Assembly (NCBI RefSeq): GCF_036323395.1
Contig: NZ_AP028907.1
Coordinates: 840,001 to 872,000, forward strand
Origin: Pyrodictium abyssi
Lineage (GTDB): Archaea > Thermoproteota > Thermoprotei_A > Sulfolobales > Pyrodictiaceae
Length of the DNA: 32,000 nt
Reading direction: 5' to 3'
Numbering within the stretch: position 1 is the stretch's first letter; each line of letters opens with the position of its first letter. The position numbers and the translations under genes were made by a program. Shown one piece after another: positions 15,066 to 24,503 of this stretch. The notes below the pieces were generated by a model. That model did not search any database. It had not been told where the DNA came from and worked only from the letters and a program-made list of their open reading frames with translations.

Positions 15066-17954
15066 CTACGCTATCAGTATTGCTGGTCTTAGAGGTATGA
15101 CCTGCCTGAGTTTTTGCTGCGGAATCTTGTCGCCTGCCTCGTCAACGTAGTATACCTCCACCTTCTGTATACCAGTCTTTCTGGATATGTAGTCCTTCAG
15201 CTTTGCTACTGCTTCTTTCTCGTCGAACTCCTGCACACTCTCTATAAGCGCCAGCATTGCCTCATCGACGCTGCGTAGGAACTCGTATAGCTTGCGGACA
15301 ATCTGCGCTGCTTCCTTGCCGGGGACGCCGGAGTTAATCACAGCTCTTATAGCGTCGCGTAGCTGTCCGCCTCTCGACACGTACGATGCAACTATCCTTG
15401 CTATCTGCCAGCTATCTGGCTTGGCAACAGCCACTACTAGGCTCTTCGCCTCGCCCTTGTATACACGTAGTATTGATTTCACGTCATCAACTAGCCTATC
15501 TACATAGCTTACAAGTAGCTCTACCTGTGCATCCCGCTTCTTGGGGTCTATAGTCGGCCAAGTCTCTACTGATATGAAGCTATCTTTGCCTAGTACCTCG
15601 TGCCATACTTCTTCAGCTATATGTGGCGCTATGGGCGCGAGCATCTTAGCCCAGTTTTCTACGTATTCTCTTAGCGCTGGACCGGGCTTTCCATTACGGA
15701 GCTCTAAGTACTTTGCAACATCACCACTCATCTCGTATAGCACGGTTATGGTTGCTGCTCTTGTCCGCAGCCGGTCAAGAGCCTTCGTCACCGCGTCGAC
15801 TCGCTGCTGCAGTACACTTAGCAGCCACCTGTCGGCTATGGTCTCTCCACTCTCTGCCTCCACAGCTAGTTTCGCATAGTTCTCGAATCTGCGCAGACGG
15901 TCCATTACACTCTTCGCTAGTTCCTCGGAGAAGTTTGCATCCTGGAGGATCTCGGCTGCTGCTAGTAGTGTCGCTCTGACAGTGTCTACGCCGTACACCC
16001 TCAGCGCCCTGCGAAGCGGTATTATGTTTCGTAGGCTCTTGCTCATCTTCTTTCCTTCCAGTAGCACGAAGCCGTTTACAACTATCTGTCTAGGCCATTT
16101 CTCTCTAGGGAATATCGCAGCGTGGTTGAACAGGAAGAAGGTTAGATGGTTTGGTACTAGGTCTCGGCCGCTGTGCCGCGAGTCTAGAGGATACCAGTAG
16201 TCGAAGTCGCGGCGCAGCTCCTTTATTATCTCCTCCTTTATCCCGGTTTTCTCGGCAACGTCCTTAGCCTTGCCTTTTCCTAGCAGAACGTAGTCCCAGA
16301 ACTCTACTGTTAGCTGCTCTGGCTTTAGACCGTATTTTCTTATCTTGTGGACTACGGTGTAGAACGCCATGTATATTGTAGAGTCGCTTAGGCTCTCTAT
16401 TATCCATCCCTTAGCCCAGGGTAGCTCTGTACCCAGTCCCCTCGTACGCGCCGCAGCTCTCTCATGCAGCCAGTCCACAGTCTTTAGGAATTCTTCCCTG
16501 ATTTCGTCGGGTACTATCCTCATGTTGTCTAGTAGCTCATATACGAGCTTCTTCCACTCGGGGTTCCCATAGTCTATGAACCACTGGTCCCTTAGTACCT
16601 TGACTACTATCTCTGTTCCGCATCTACAGTATACAGGCCTATTGAGTATCTCGTACATCCGGTCCTCATAACCTAGTGCAGACAGCCACTTAGTAGTGGC
16701 TTCTCTGGCCTCGGACACACTCTTGCCGACTATCCATGCTTTGACAGGGGCTACTGCAAAGCTACGGTAGGGTTCCGGCATGTCCTTATACACATGCTCT
16801 ATTATGTCCTCTCTAACGATTCCGTTATGGTATTCATCGCTGTAGAGTTTCTTCGTCGCTTCGTCAAGCAGATCCTTCTCCTTCTGGCTCTTTATCCCCA
16901 TTCTCTCCACTATGTCTTTTGCCGGGATTTCTCCATAGCCCTTGACTCTTATGAGCGGTATTGGAGCTAGCTCTTCGGGGTCTATACCTAGCTTGCGGAG
17001 TAGATCTGGCTTCTCTCGTTTTAGCTCTTCTAGGGCCACGTAATCGTACGGCGCATGCGCAGGCACGCTCATTACTACTCCGCTTGCAGTTTCTGGGTCG
17101 ACAAACTCCGCCGGGAGTACAGGCACTAGCTTTCCTGTTGCCGGGTTCCTTGCACGCTTACCGAGCAGCTCCTCTCCTTTAATTGTCCGCTCTTCTACTA
17201 TGCTGTCGCGCTGGAACCTTAGCTTGAACGCGGCCCTCTTGCTGACGATGTAGCGCCTACCGTCTATGTTTACTATAACGTACTCCGCGTTAGGGTTTAC
17301 CCATATGTTTGTGACACCGAATACCGTCTCCGGCCTCAGAGTAGCCGCTGGAAGGTAGAGGTCCCTCTCCAACTCGAATAGTATTAGCGTGAATTCGCCT
17401 ATCTCGGGCTCCACGTCGCCCTTAGTATCGTGCATGCCTACAGGCATGTTGTGGTTAGGGCACCAGCCGACGGGATGCGTGCCCTTCTTCACTAGGCCTT
17501 TCTCCTTCAGCTTTGTGAACTGCCATATTATGAACCTCTTGAACTCTTCGTCTATTGTAGTGAACTCTCTCCGCCAGTCGATACTGTAGCCAGACTCTAT
17601 CATAGCATTTTTAGCGTCGTTGTGGAAATACCTTGCTAGGGATAGTGGATCCTTTAGCTTCTCTATGTCCTCCGGCGGTACGTCGTAGACGTTTATCATT
17701 AGATCTATTAGCTCGTGGTCACCCTTGGCTATCGATTCCGCCATTGCTAGTATCGGCGTGCCCGTGTAGTGGAACCCCATCGGGAATAGTACATTGTAGC
17801 CGCGCATTCTCATGTATCGCGCATAGACGTCGGTTATAGTGTATGTCCTACTGTGGCCCAGGTGCAGCGGACTGTTAGGATACGGGAATGCCGCTGTTAT
17901 GAAGAATTTCGGCTTGTTCTCGTCTGGTTCTGCCTCGAATATGCCTACCTTCAT
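15066..17954 (-). CDS. leuS: leucyl-tRNA synthetase (coding region probably extends upstream of 17954, see findings)
   Basis: 962 aa from the first ATG. It has FPYPNSPLHLGH (HIGH-type), KMSKS and a large editing-domain insertion, and is collinear with archaeal LeuRS. Confidence 0.95.
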   Translation of the reverse strand: MKVGIFEAEPDENKPKFFITAAFPYPNSPLHLGHSRTYTITDVYARYMRMRGYNVLFPMGFHYTGTPILAMAESIAKGDHELIDLMINVYDVPPEDIEKLKDPLSLARYFHNDAKNAMIESGYSIDWRREFTTIDEEFKRFIIWQFTKLKEKGLVKKGTHPVGWCPNHNMPVGMHDTKGDVEPEIGEFTLILFELERDLYLPAATLRPETVFGVTNIWVNPNAEYVIVNIDGRRYIVSKRAAFKLRFQRDSIVEERTIKGEELLGKRARNPATGKLVPVLPAEFVDPETASGVVMSVPAHAPYDYVALEELKREKPDLLRKLGIDPEELAPIPLIRVKGYGEIPAKDIVERMGIKSQKEKDLLDEATKKLYSDEYHNGIVREDIIEHVYKDMPEPYRSFAVAPVKAWIVGKSVSEAREATTKWLSALGYEDRMYEILNRPVYCRCGTEIVVKVLRDQWFIDYGNPEWKKLVYELLDNMRIVPDEIREEFLKTVDWLHERAAARTRGLGTELPWAKGWIIESLSDSTIYMAFYTVVHKIRKYGLKPEQLTVEFWDYVLLGKGKAKDVAEKTGIKEEIIKELRRDFDYWYPLDSRHSGRDLVPNHLTFFLFNHAAIFPREKWPRQIVVNGFVLLEGKKMSKSLRNIIPLRRALRVYGVDTVRATLLAAAEILQDANFSEELAKSVMDRLRRFENYAKLAVEAESGETIADRWLLSVLQQRVDAVTKALDRLRTRAATITVLYEMSGDVAKYLELRNGKPGPALREYVENWAKMLAPIAPHIAEEVWHEVLGKDSFISVETWPTIDPKKRDAQVELLVSYVDRLVDDVKSILRVYKGEAKSLVVAVAKPDSWQIARIVASYVSRGGQLRDAIRAVINSGVPGKEAAQIVRKLYEFLRSVDEAMLALIESVQEFDEKEAVAKLKDYISRKTGIQKVEVYYVDEAGDKIPQQKLRQVIPLRPAILIA

Positions 17955-18254
17955 CCACTTTTCCTGCCATTTGCGCGCTATCTCGTATAGCTTGGCGGCA
18001 AACTCGTTTATAGGCTCCTTTCTGGACGCTATGTTCGAAGCAATAGCTGACCACCCTCCTTAGCCGCCTATGAGGTTATACGGCGAGGGCCGTGAGCACT
18101 ACCCGATAGCAACCGTGCTGCAACCATTACTCTCTTGGGTAAAATAAGGGTTAACTCGAACTATCCACTATGCGCAGAGAGGCATATATCATGATAGAAG
18201 TAATTAGGAGGCTACGCTTCAGAGCCGCCACGGACGCGTAATAGACGGGGGAGG

Positions 18255-18869
18255 ATGGGGAACCTCTTGGAGTACGTACAGAAGACTATGAAGGAGATAG
18301 TGATATTCATCGACAAGGTCATCGAGAGGCTAAAGCCCGAACAGATTAAACAGATGCTTGACACACTTGAACGCGTCTACCGCGACGGCCATAAGGTTCT
18401 AGTAATGGGCGCAGGACGCAGCGGCCTAGTAGGCCGAGCCTTCGCCATGAGGCTTATGCACCTAGGCTTCAACGTATACGTGCTGGGCGAGACAATAACC
18501 CCCAGCATAGGGAAGGATGACGTTGTTGTCGCGATATCCGGCTCCGGCCGGACAAAGCTCATCGTAACCGCGGCTGAGGCTGCAAAGAAGGTCAACGCCA
18601 CTGTCATAGCTATAACTAGCTATCCGGACAGCCCCCTAGGCCAGCTAGCAGATATAGTAGTGGAGATACCCGGCAGAACAAAAATGGCACCCGACATAGA
18701 CTACTTCGCACGTCAGATACTAGGTATACACGAGCCCCTAGCGCCGCTCGGCACACTCTTCGAGGACACAGCACTTGTGTTCCTAGACGGTGTCGTAGTA
18801 GAGCTGATGCACCGTCTAGGCAAGAGTGAGGCAGACCTACGGGCTAAACACGCAAACATAGAGCTATAG
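18255..18869 (+). CDS. SIS-domain protein, 6-phospho-3-hexuloisomerase-like
   Basis: [24 protein letters not shown] and [13 protein letters not shown] match the SIS/PHI pattern. Confidence 0.75.
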   Translation: MGNLLEYVQKTMKEIVIFIDKVIERLKPEQIKQMLDTLERVYRDGHKVLVMGAGRSGLVGRAFAMRLMHLGFNVYVLGETITPSIGKDDVVVAISGSGRTKLIVTAAEAAKKVNATVIAITSYPDSPLGQLADIVVEIPGRTKMAPDIDYFARQILGIHEPLAPLGTLFEDTALVFLDGVVVELMHRLGKSEADLRAKHANIEL

Positions 18870-18956
18870 AGACCACGTTTCGACAGCCTGCCGTCATCAG
18901 CACCCTTTGCCGCTATAGGGAGGCACACGCGCTAAGGATAACAGAAAGGGGTAGTA

Positions 18957-19922
18957 ATGAGGAGCAGCAAGCCCGGCAAGAAGCCACAGCCAAGTATACC
19001 CCGCGGAACACTCATAGGTGTCTTTGACCCGTGGCGGAGCAGCCTATGCACATGCCCGCTGAAGTATTCTCTTAACCCGTATACCGGGTGTAGCCATTTC
19101 TGCCTCTACTGCTACGCAACCTCGTACATAGGCCTTAGGAAGAGCACACCCAAGAAAGACTATAGGGAAAGACTCCTACGCGACATAAACAAGATCGATC
19201 CCCGCTACCATATAGACATCTCTACGAGTAGTGACCCGTATCCCCCGGAGGAGGAGCAACACCGTATCACCCGCTGGACGCTCGAGCAGCTACTACCTCG
19301 CGGCTTCCGTGTACTCATAGTCACGAAGGGCGCACTCGTAGCACGCGACGCTGACATACTGTCGAAAGGAAACGCTGCAGTAACCATGACTATAACCACT
19401 ATGGATAGAACACTAGCCGCCAAACTAGAGCCGGGCGCCCCATCGCCCAGGGACCGCGTGAAAGCCCTGGAGAAGCTTAACGAGGCAGGAGTCCCCATAG
19501 GGCTAAGGCTAGATCCCGTGTTTCCCATGTTAACTGACGACGAGCACTCCATTAGGGAGGTCCTGGAGGCGGCTGCAGCCGCAGGAGTTAGGTTCGTTGT
19601 AACATCTGTCTATAAGGCTAGACCCGACAACCTCCGCAGGGTCCTCTCAGCGTTCCCGGAGCTAGAAGAGGAGTACAACAAGATCTACCGCGCAAGAGGC
19701 GAGAGGATTAGCGGCTACTGGTATCCAGAGCTAGGTCTTCGAATCAGAATACTTGAGAAGGTACGGGCTATAGCTCTCCGGCTCGGGCTGGAGTTTGCCA
19801 CATGCCGGGAGGGGCTACAGCATCTAAATACTGCGCCTAGCTGTGATGGCTCACACCTCATACCTACAAGGATCGCGCAGAAAGGCTACCAGAGACAGCT
19901 TGATGCGTGGCTACGCTCGTAG
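18957..19922 (+). CDS. radical-SAM protein, SplB/'DNA repair photolyase'-like (COG1533-type)
   Basis: NPYTGCSHFCLYCYA (CxxxCxxC near the N-terminus). About 320 aa, a layout typical of COG1533. Confidence 0.75.
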   Translation: MRSSKPGKKPQPSIPRGTLIGVFDPWRSSLCTCPLKYSLNPYTGCSHFCLYCYATSYIGLRKSTPKKDYRERLLRDINKIDPRYHIDISTSSDPYPPEEEQHRITRWTLEQLLPRGFRVLIVTKGALVARDADILSKGNAAVTMTITTMDRTLAAKLEPGAPSPRDRVKALEKLNEAGVPIGLRLDPVFPMLTDDEHSIREVLEAAAAAGVRFVVTSVYKARPDNLRRVLSAFPELEEEYNKIYRARGERISGYWYPELGLRIRILEKVRAIALRLGLEFATCREGLQHLNTAPSCDGSHLIPTRIAQKGYQRQLDAWLRS

Positions 19923-20273
19923 GATCTTGCCGAGGCTGGAGCTGAGCCTCCGCAATTCCGCAAGCACAAGACTACGTGGCGGCCACTGCTCTACAGCAAT
20001 GTTGAGTTTTCTGCTACACTGCTTGCAGACACGTACTACGGGGTTCACTTGTATAGAGCATGACTCGCATACAGGGCTACCACATACGTTACAGCTCGCC
20101 ACTGCCAGCTCTACGCCACATACGCGGCAACGCGCTTCGCTACATACTATGCATGTATCTCCACTCCAATCGTTCTCGCATACGCTGCGGCCACAGACGG
20201 GGCAAGTGTATCTCGCGGGAGCAGCCCAACAGACATCGCATATAGCTGGGCTGTGTTCACTACTCTTCTTCAT
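19911..20273 (-). CDS. multi-CxxC zinc-ribbon protein
   Basis: 120 aa with seven CxxC pairs (CDVC, CPVC, CIVC, CRVC, CNVC, CESC, CKQC). It overlaps the upstream ORF by 14 nt, which suggests an operon. Confidence 0.6.
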   Translation of the reverse strand: MKKSSEHSPAICDVCWAAPARYTCPVCGRSVCENDWSGDTCIVCSEARCRVCGVELAVASCNVCGSPVCESCSIQVNPVVRVCKQCSRKLNIAVEQWPPRSLVLAELRRLSSSLGKILRA

Positions 20274-20721
20274 CTATTTCTTCCACCTCTTCCTCTGGGG
20301 ACTCCTCTGCCTCCTCTTCTACGGGTTCTAGCTTGCTACGCCTAACCTGTAGTGATGCTACAACAGACTCTGCTAGCTCCTTTACCCTCTCTAGTTCTGT
20401 CTTGCTCCTGGCGTATATTGTAGCCCTATACTTGTCTGGACCGTCCGGCTCTATGGCTACTACCGCGTCCCCGGCCGCCATGTACATTTTCGTTGCAAAC
20501 CTGCTAACCTTTGTAGCAGGCACGTTGACCTCATCCTTGTACCTCATACCGTTCACGGGGAGCTTCTCAACACTCTCAGCCACCATACCGTATGGTGCTG
20601 TGCTGCGTGTTTTCTGGCGGCCGCGTTTGCGCCGCTGTTGCTGTATAGTGTATACCTCCTTGAGCAGCAGCCACGTGTCACCGTGTTTTATCAGCACCTT
20701 CAAATCGCTCCCCACCTGCAA
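20260..20721 (-). CDS. hypothetical protein with basic linker and strongly acidic C-terminal tail
   Basis: 153-aa ORF containing QQQRRKRGRQKTR and a C-terminal EPVEEEAEESPEEEVEEIDEEE. The opposite-strand ORF is Ser/Leu/Thr-rich shadow. Confidence 0.55.
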   Translation of the reverse strand: MQVGSDLKVLIKHGDTWLLLKEVYTIQQQRRKRGRQKTRSTAPYGMVAESVEKLPVNGMRYKDEVNVPATKVSRFATKMYMAAGDAVVAIEPDGPDKYRATIYARSKTELERVKELAESVVASLQVRRSKLEPVEEEAEESPEEEVEEIDEEE

Positions 20722-20786
20722 GTAGTGGCGCTCTATTAGTATTAAGAATGACCTTCATAGGCTAGATGGGCTGTATAATCACACGG

Positions 20787-21101
20787 TCAATCTGTGTATA
20801 GTACTCCAAGCCTATCGCCTATCACTCCTTTACGCACTAGGTTCTCATAGGTACGCCATATACGCTTCACAGTAACATGTCTTACGTCAAAACCCTTCTC
20901 TGCTAGTATCTCGAGTACATAGTCGGGGAACTCCTCAGGGTGGCCAACAAAGCTTCTGGCAGCTTCCACCACGGCTTCAGCCACATCACGTGAACTAGGA
21001 TATGGTTTCATCCTTCTTCTCTGCCTAGGGTATATGGTCTTCTCGGCCTCTAGAACCTCCTCGAGTACGTCTTCCGGAATATAGTCTAGTCTATCGCTCA
21101 T
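20787..21101 (-). CDS. hypothetical protein, translationally coupled to the NMD3 homologue
   Basis: 104-aa ORF. Its ATG overlaps the NMD3 TGA stop (ATGA, 4-nt overlap). Confidence 0.5.
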   Translation of the reverse strand: MSDRLDYIPEDVLEEVLEAEKTIYPRQRRRMKPYPSSRDVAEAVVEAARSFVGHPEEFPDYVLEILAEKGFDVRHVTVKRIWRTYENLVRKGVIGDRLGVLYTD

Positions 21102-21844
21102 CGCCTTCTCTCCTCTAGGTGAACAGATAACACTAGCCGCCTCCTCATCCTCCCACGAGAAGTGACTCCAACATCTTCTCCGCTACTATGCACTCTCAGT
21201 CTGTAATGCTTCTTCAGTTGCCGTACTATTTTCGACGCACTACCCCTATCCAGCAGCAGAAAGTCAACACCATTACTGTACTCTATTATGTCCACTATCG
21301 ACCCCATTATCTGGCTACTCGCCTCTATTACAGGCGAGAGTAGCTCGGCGAGCTTCTTAGGCGTCTCTCCCCGCACCTGCAGAAGAACATTGTAGTCGCC
21401 ACCCCTAACGTCCTTGCATGCTGGGCAGATCGTTGGCTTTGCCCTCACATCTATACTATACTGTACGGAGACCGGCGAGTCTATACCCCGGAGCTTCACA
21501 GAGAATGTTGCACGGTATATCGTCCGCCAGGAGGGCATCGTCACAGGCTCGACCGATACAAGGCTATACTCTGCAACGTCGCTACTACAAGGAGTTACTC
21601 TTTCTGAGAGGTACCACTTGAGAAACTTGCTTGAGGCTGCGTCCAGCTCGCCGCCTTCAACCCACTTGTGTCCCGCCCTTATCGATCCGCAGTGCTTACA
21701 GTACTCGAAGCTTACCCGGCCGGGGGCACAGAGCACTCTATGCGTCTCTAGGTAGCAGCTGAGACAGAGAGGGCCTATGCTTTCGTGCTCGCTGAGAAGC
21801 CTACCACATCTTGCACATATACGCTCCATCCTCGTTATTCCCAT
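21098..21844 (-). CDS. archaeal NMD3-family protein
   Basis: The N-terminus has CARCGR...CLSCY...CKHCG, the NMD3 Zn-binding arrangement, with a later CPAC. About 250 aa, as in archaeal homologues. Confidence 0.7.
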   Translation of the reverse strand: MGITRMERICARCGRLLSEHESIGPLCLSCYLETHRVLCAPGRVSFEYCKHCGSIRAGHKWVEGGELDAASSKFLKWYLSERVTPCSSDVAEYSLVSVEPVTMPSWRTIYRATFSVKLRGIDSPVSVQYSIDVRAKPTICPACKDVRGGDYNVLLQVRGETPKKLAELLSPVIEASSQIMGSIVDIIEYSNGVDFLLLDRGSASKIVRQLKKHYRLRVHSSGEDVGVTSRGRMRRRLVLSVHLEERRR

Positions 21845-21908
21845 AGAAGGGCCTATTATGCTGCCGGAGTCCTAATACCCTTCTCCACCCTTGCCCAGCT
21901 TCTGGAGT

Positions 21909-22011
21909 GAGCCGGGGAGACAGTGATGAGATAGACCCGGTTTGAGCCGCCTAAGAGGGGCCTCTGTGGCCCCTAGAGGCTATGAAGTATCCTAGTCCAG
22001 CTGAGGCTCTC
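21909..22011 (+). ncRNA. box C/D sRNA candidate with a 36-nt hairpin inserted between D' and C'
   Basis: Layout: C box GUGAUGA (21923-29), exactly 12 nt, D' UUGA (21942-45), 36-nt linker with a hairpin at 21949-21980, C' AUGAAGU (21982-88), exactly 12 nt, D CUGA (22001-04). Flanking pairing is GAGA/UCUC or GAGCC/GGCUC. Confidence 0.4.
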
Positions 22012-22096
22012 GGCACACCACGGTTTATCTCGGGTGTTACCAGCCCGGCAAACCTATCCCCTTCTATGAGGCCATATCTTGCCCTGGGGATAGTCC

Positions 22097-22591
22097 GTGT
22101 CAGCTATAGATACCGGGCCGGGCGTCAACACCGTACAGCCTCACGTGCTGGGAAGCACTGACGGCCGGGAAGCCTTAGATGACATAGTGCACGAGATAGC
22201 CATAGTAGCTTCTATGAGCTCAATGCTAGATGGGATAGGGGTGCCGTGTGCTGAGTGCAAAGAACACTTCTACATGCTGCTAGCGGAGTGGGCTAGGCTC
22301 ATAGATGCAGAATACGTCGAGAATGCCGCCGTGCTAGCCGCGGACAAGAAGAGAGATGCTACTGCCCTCGTAGACGTCTGGGGCGAAGAGGGCTTCAAGA
22401 TGGTCTTGAGCTACGTGGGATCGGACTCCTGCAGTGTTGAACTCCTAAGGGAACTGGTTGCAGAGATTACAGATGCACTAGCGTTCAGCGAGGATGCGGC
22501 TCGAGAGTTTAAAGAGATGGCCTCCAGCGCGACGTGCAAGGAGCTACGCGGACTAGTGATGCTCGCACTAATGGTTCCGCCGAGGGGCTAG
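22097..22591 (+). CDS. hypothetical protein
   Basis: 164-aa ORF (GTG start), 4 nt upstream of the next ORF. No family recognised. Confidence 0.5.
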   Translation: MSAIDTGPGVNTVQPHVLGSTDGREALDDIVHEIAIVASMSSMLDGIGVPCAECKEHFYMLLAEWARLIDAEYVENAAVLAADKKRDATALVDVWGEEGFKMVLSYVGSDSCSVELLRELVAEITDALAFSEDAAREFKEMASSATCKELRGLVMLALMVPPRG

Positions 22592-22595
22592 ACCC

Positions 22596-22913
22596 TTGGG
22601 TTATGCGAGACTAGACTTGCTGTATGTCGTTAGCAAGCTCTCGGAGGCCGCTATACGGAAAGCTACCGGGCTTAGCTATGGCCTCAACGATGTACCCCGG
22701 AGCCTCAGAGACGCTGGCGAAGAGATCGTTGAGAGAGTAGCAAGCCAGCTTGTGGTGGATGACGAGGACACGCTACGGTGCAAGATATGTGGTAGGGGGC
22801 CCTTTACCCGTAAAGGCTTGTATCTCCATATTAGGCGCGTACACCTGGACATAGTCTACGATATAGTTAGGAGCGAGCTAGAGACGTATCTCTGGAGGCT
22901 GAAGAACACGTAG
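22596..22913 (+). CDS. small protein with a classical C2H2 zinc finger
   Basis: CKICGRGPFTRKGLYLHIRRVH gives C-x2-C-x12-H-x4-H. Confidence 0.6.
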   Translation: MGYARLDLLYVVSKLSEAAIRKATGLSYGLNDVPRSLRDAGEEIVERVASQLVVDDEDTLRCKICGRGPFTRKGLYLHIRRVHLDIVYDIVRSELETYLWRLKNT

Positions 22914-22998
22914 GTAGCGGGTCTGAAGGGGTGGAGCACGCTCATCGCCCAACTCCAAGCTAGGTGGAAGTGAGTGGGCTCGCCACTGGAGTCTATCT

Positions 22999-23475
22999 TC
23001 ACCCCCTCAAAGCGGTACGGGTAATTACTCGTATGCCTCTATCAGTTTCTATGACTACGCCCCACACGTCTTTAGGCAGATCTATCCTCCCTATGGATAC
23101 GTAGAACTTCTCACGCGGTGTCGCCTTCCTAAGCTGGTCCACCGGCCGCGTACCTTCTATACCATTATCAATCACTCTTACCGAGATCAGCCTTGCTGGC
23201 CGCAGAAAGAGAACCAGCCCGTCTAGCGTAGCAAAGCCGGAGGACTCTACCTCTTCGCCGCGCGAGTTATACTTTACAACCTCGACTACATAGCCCGGAG
23301 TTTTCGAGTACCTCTCATGCAAGTCGCTTACGACATCTATGACTTCTGCAGCGTCGAATTCCAGCTCCTTCTCGAGCCTAAGCACAGTCATTTTTACGCC
23401 AGCGATACCTATGTCTACAGCCTTGTAGAGCCTGGCAACACTCTTCGAACGAGGCATTTCCACTACACCCTCCAC
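22999..23475 (-). CDS. hypothetical protein
   Basis: 158-aa ORF with balanced composition. No family recognised. Confidence 0.5.
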   Translation of the reverse strand: MEGVVEMPRSKSVARLYKAVDIGIAGVKMTVLRLEKELEFDAAEVIDVVSDLHERYSKTPGYVVEVVKYNSRGEEVESSGFATLDGLVLFLRPARLISVRVIDNGIEGTRPVDQLRKATPREKFYVSIGRIDLPKDVWGVVIETDRGIRVITRTALRG

Positions 23476-23765
23476 GCCTAGATGCTTCGTGTCCCGGCTA
23501 CTAAGTATGATTGCCGGTGCAATCCATCTGCTTCTAATACGCCTACATTGCTGATACTCTAGCTACAGGATTCCGGCCCTTCCCACATAAGCCGATGGCT
23601 CACCCCTATAAGGGGGTCGGGCTAGTCTCTTATCTGGCGTTGCAGGTGGCGGCCCTGTGAAGACGAACCTCCATGCGCAACTACGGCGGGACTGACCACG
23701 CTCTATAGCTAAAAGGCCGGGTGTGACGACTCAGCCGGGCCTCGAGGGCCGCCTCGTATTGTTCG

Positions 23766-24266
23766 CTACTTCTTGTAGCCTATCTTCCGTAGGAAGAGTC
23801 TTCTCTCGGCAATGTCATCTTCCGTTTCAACTCCTACGGGGGGATAGCCGTCTACTACACCAATGACGCCTCTCCCCTGGCTTGTCTCCGCTACTAGAAC
23901 TTGCAGCGGATTGGCCGTAGCAGCGAAGACTCTTACCACCTCTTGCACGTTCTTTATAGCGTTAAGCACGTTTATGGGCCAGGCGTTCTTGATATAGATT
24001 ACGAACACGTGGCCTGCTGAGATCCTCTTCGCTGCTTCTACCGCAAGCCTTTGCAGCTCATCGTCGTTGCCCTCGTATCGTATTAGCCTCTTTTGGCTCG
24101 CTTCGCAGAACGCTATGCCGAACTTTATTCCCGGGACACTCGTTACTAGGGCTTCATAGAGATCCTCAAGCGTCTTTATGAAGTGTGCTTGCCCGACTAT
24201 CACGTTGACGCCTTCGGGCACTGGGATATCGACTACATGTATTTTTACCTCTTGTTGGTTAGCCAC
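23766..24266 (-). CDS. PAE2307-like 'adenosine-specific kinase' family protein
   Basis: [36 protein letters not shown] ... [23 protein letters not shown] ... [14 protein letters not shown] matches my memory of this family. Confidence 0.7.
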   Translation of the reverse strand: MANQQEVKIHVVDIPVPEGVNVIVGQAHFIKTLEDLYEALVTSVPGIKFGIAFCEASQKRLIRYEGNDDELQRLAVEAAKRISAGHVFVIYIKNAWPINVLNAIKNVQEVVRVFAATANPLQVLVAETSQGRGVIGVVDGYPPVGVETEDDIAERRLFLRKIGYKK

Positions 24267-24472
24267 GAGCCAAGCACCCCTCTCAAACAGTGCCGTGCAT
24301 CTTCAGTCTTCAGGGGATACCCGGGTAGCATCTAGCAGTACAGCACAGCTTATTCCTTACTATACTAATATCACAATATTTATCGATAGAGTAGATTTTA
24401 TGCCGTGCTTAGCAGGTGGATGCGGTGCGCTCAAGTTGTCAGCGTCATCGCACAACCTGTACCGGGTTGGGG

Positions 24473-24481
24473 TAAATTTTA
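24473..24481 (+). promoter_or_regulatory. TATA-like element positioned for a leaderless transcript of ORF 24504
   Basis: TAAATTTTA lies 23-31 nt upstream of ATG 24504. Confidence 0.4.
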
Positions 24482-24503
24482 GAGTCATAGAGACGTAGTC
24501 TAT

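Noticed and set aside
15292-17839. Many 60-110-aa ORFs on the plus strand inside leuS (similar cases: 1073-1648, 5660-5959, 8723-9829, 11082-11780, 19205-19552, 20333-20725, 24701-25000, 28832-29506)
   Set aside because: They are Ser/Leu/Arg-rich and lie antisense or out of frame within strongly supported genes. These are typical shadow ORFs.
20273-20340. CT/GA-rich low-complexity DNA looking like a simple repeat
   Set aside because: It encodes the poly-acidic C-terminal tail of ORF 20260-20721 on the minus strand. It is not a tandem repeat with a fixed unit.
23476-23765. A 290-bp spacer examined for SRP RNA, tRNA and C/D sRNA (ATGATTG at 23507-13 ... CTGA at 23551-54)
   Set aside because: There is no GGAA-tetraloop/AGCA helix-8 signature and no T-arm. 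The C box lacks the G6/A7 positions, and D'/C' are unrecognisable. It remains an unexplained spacer.
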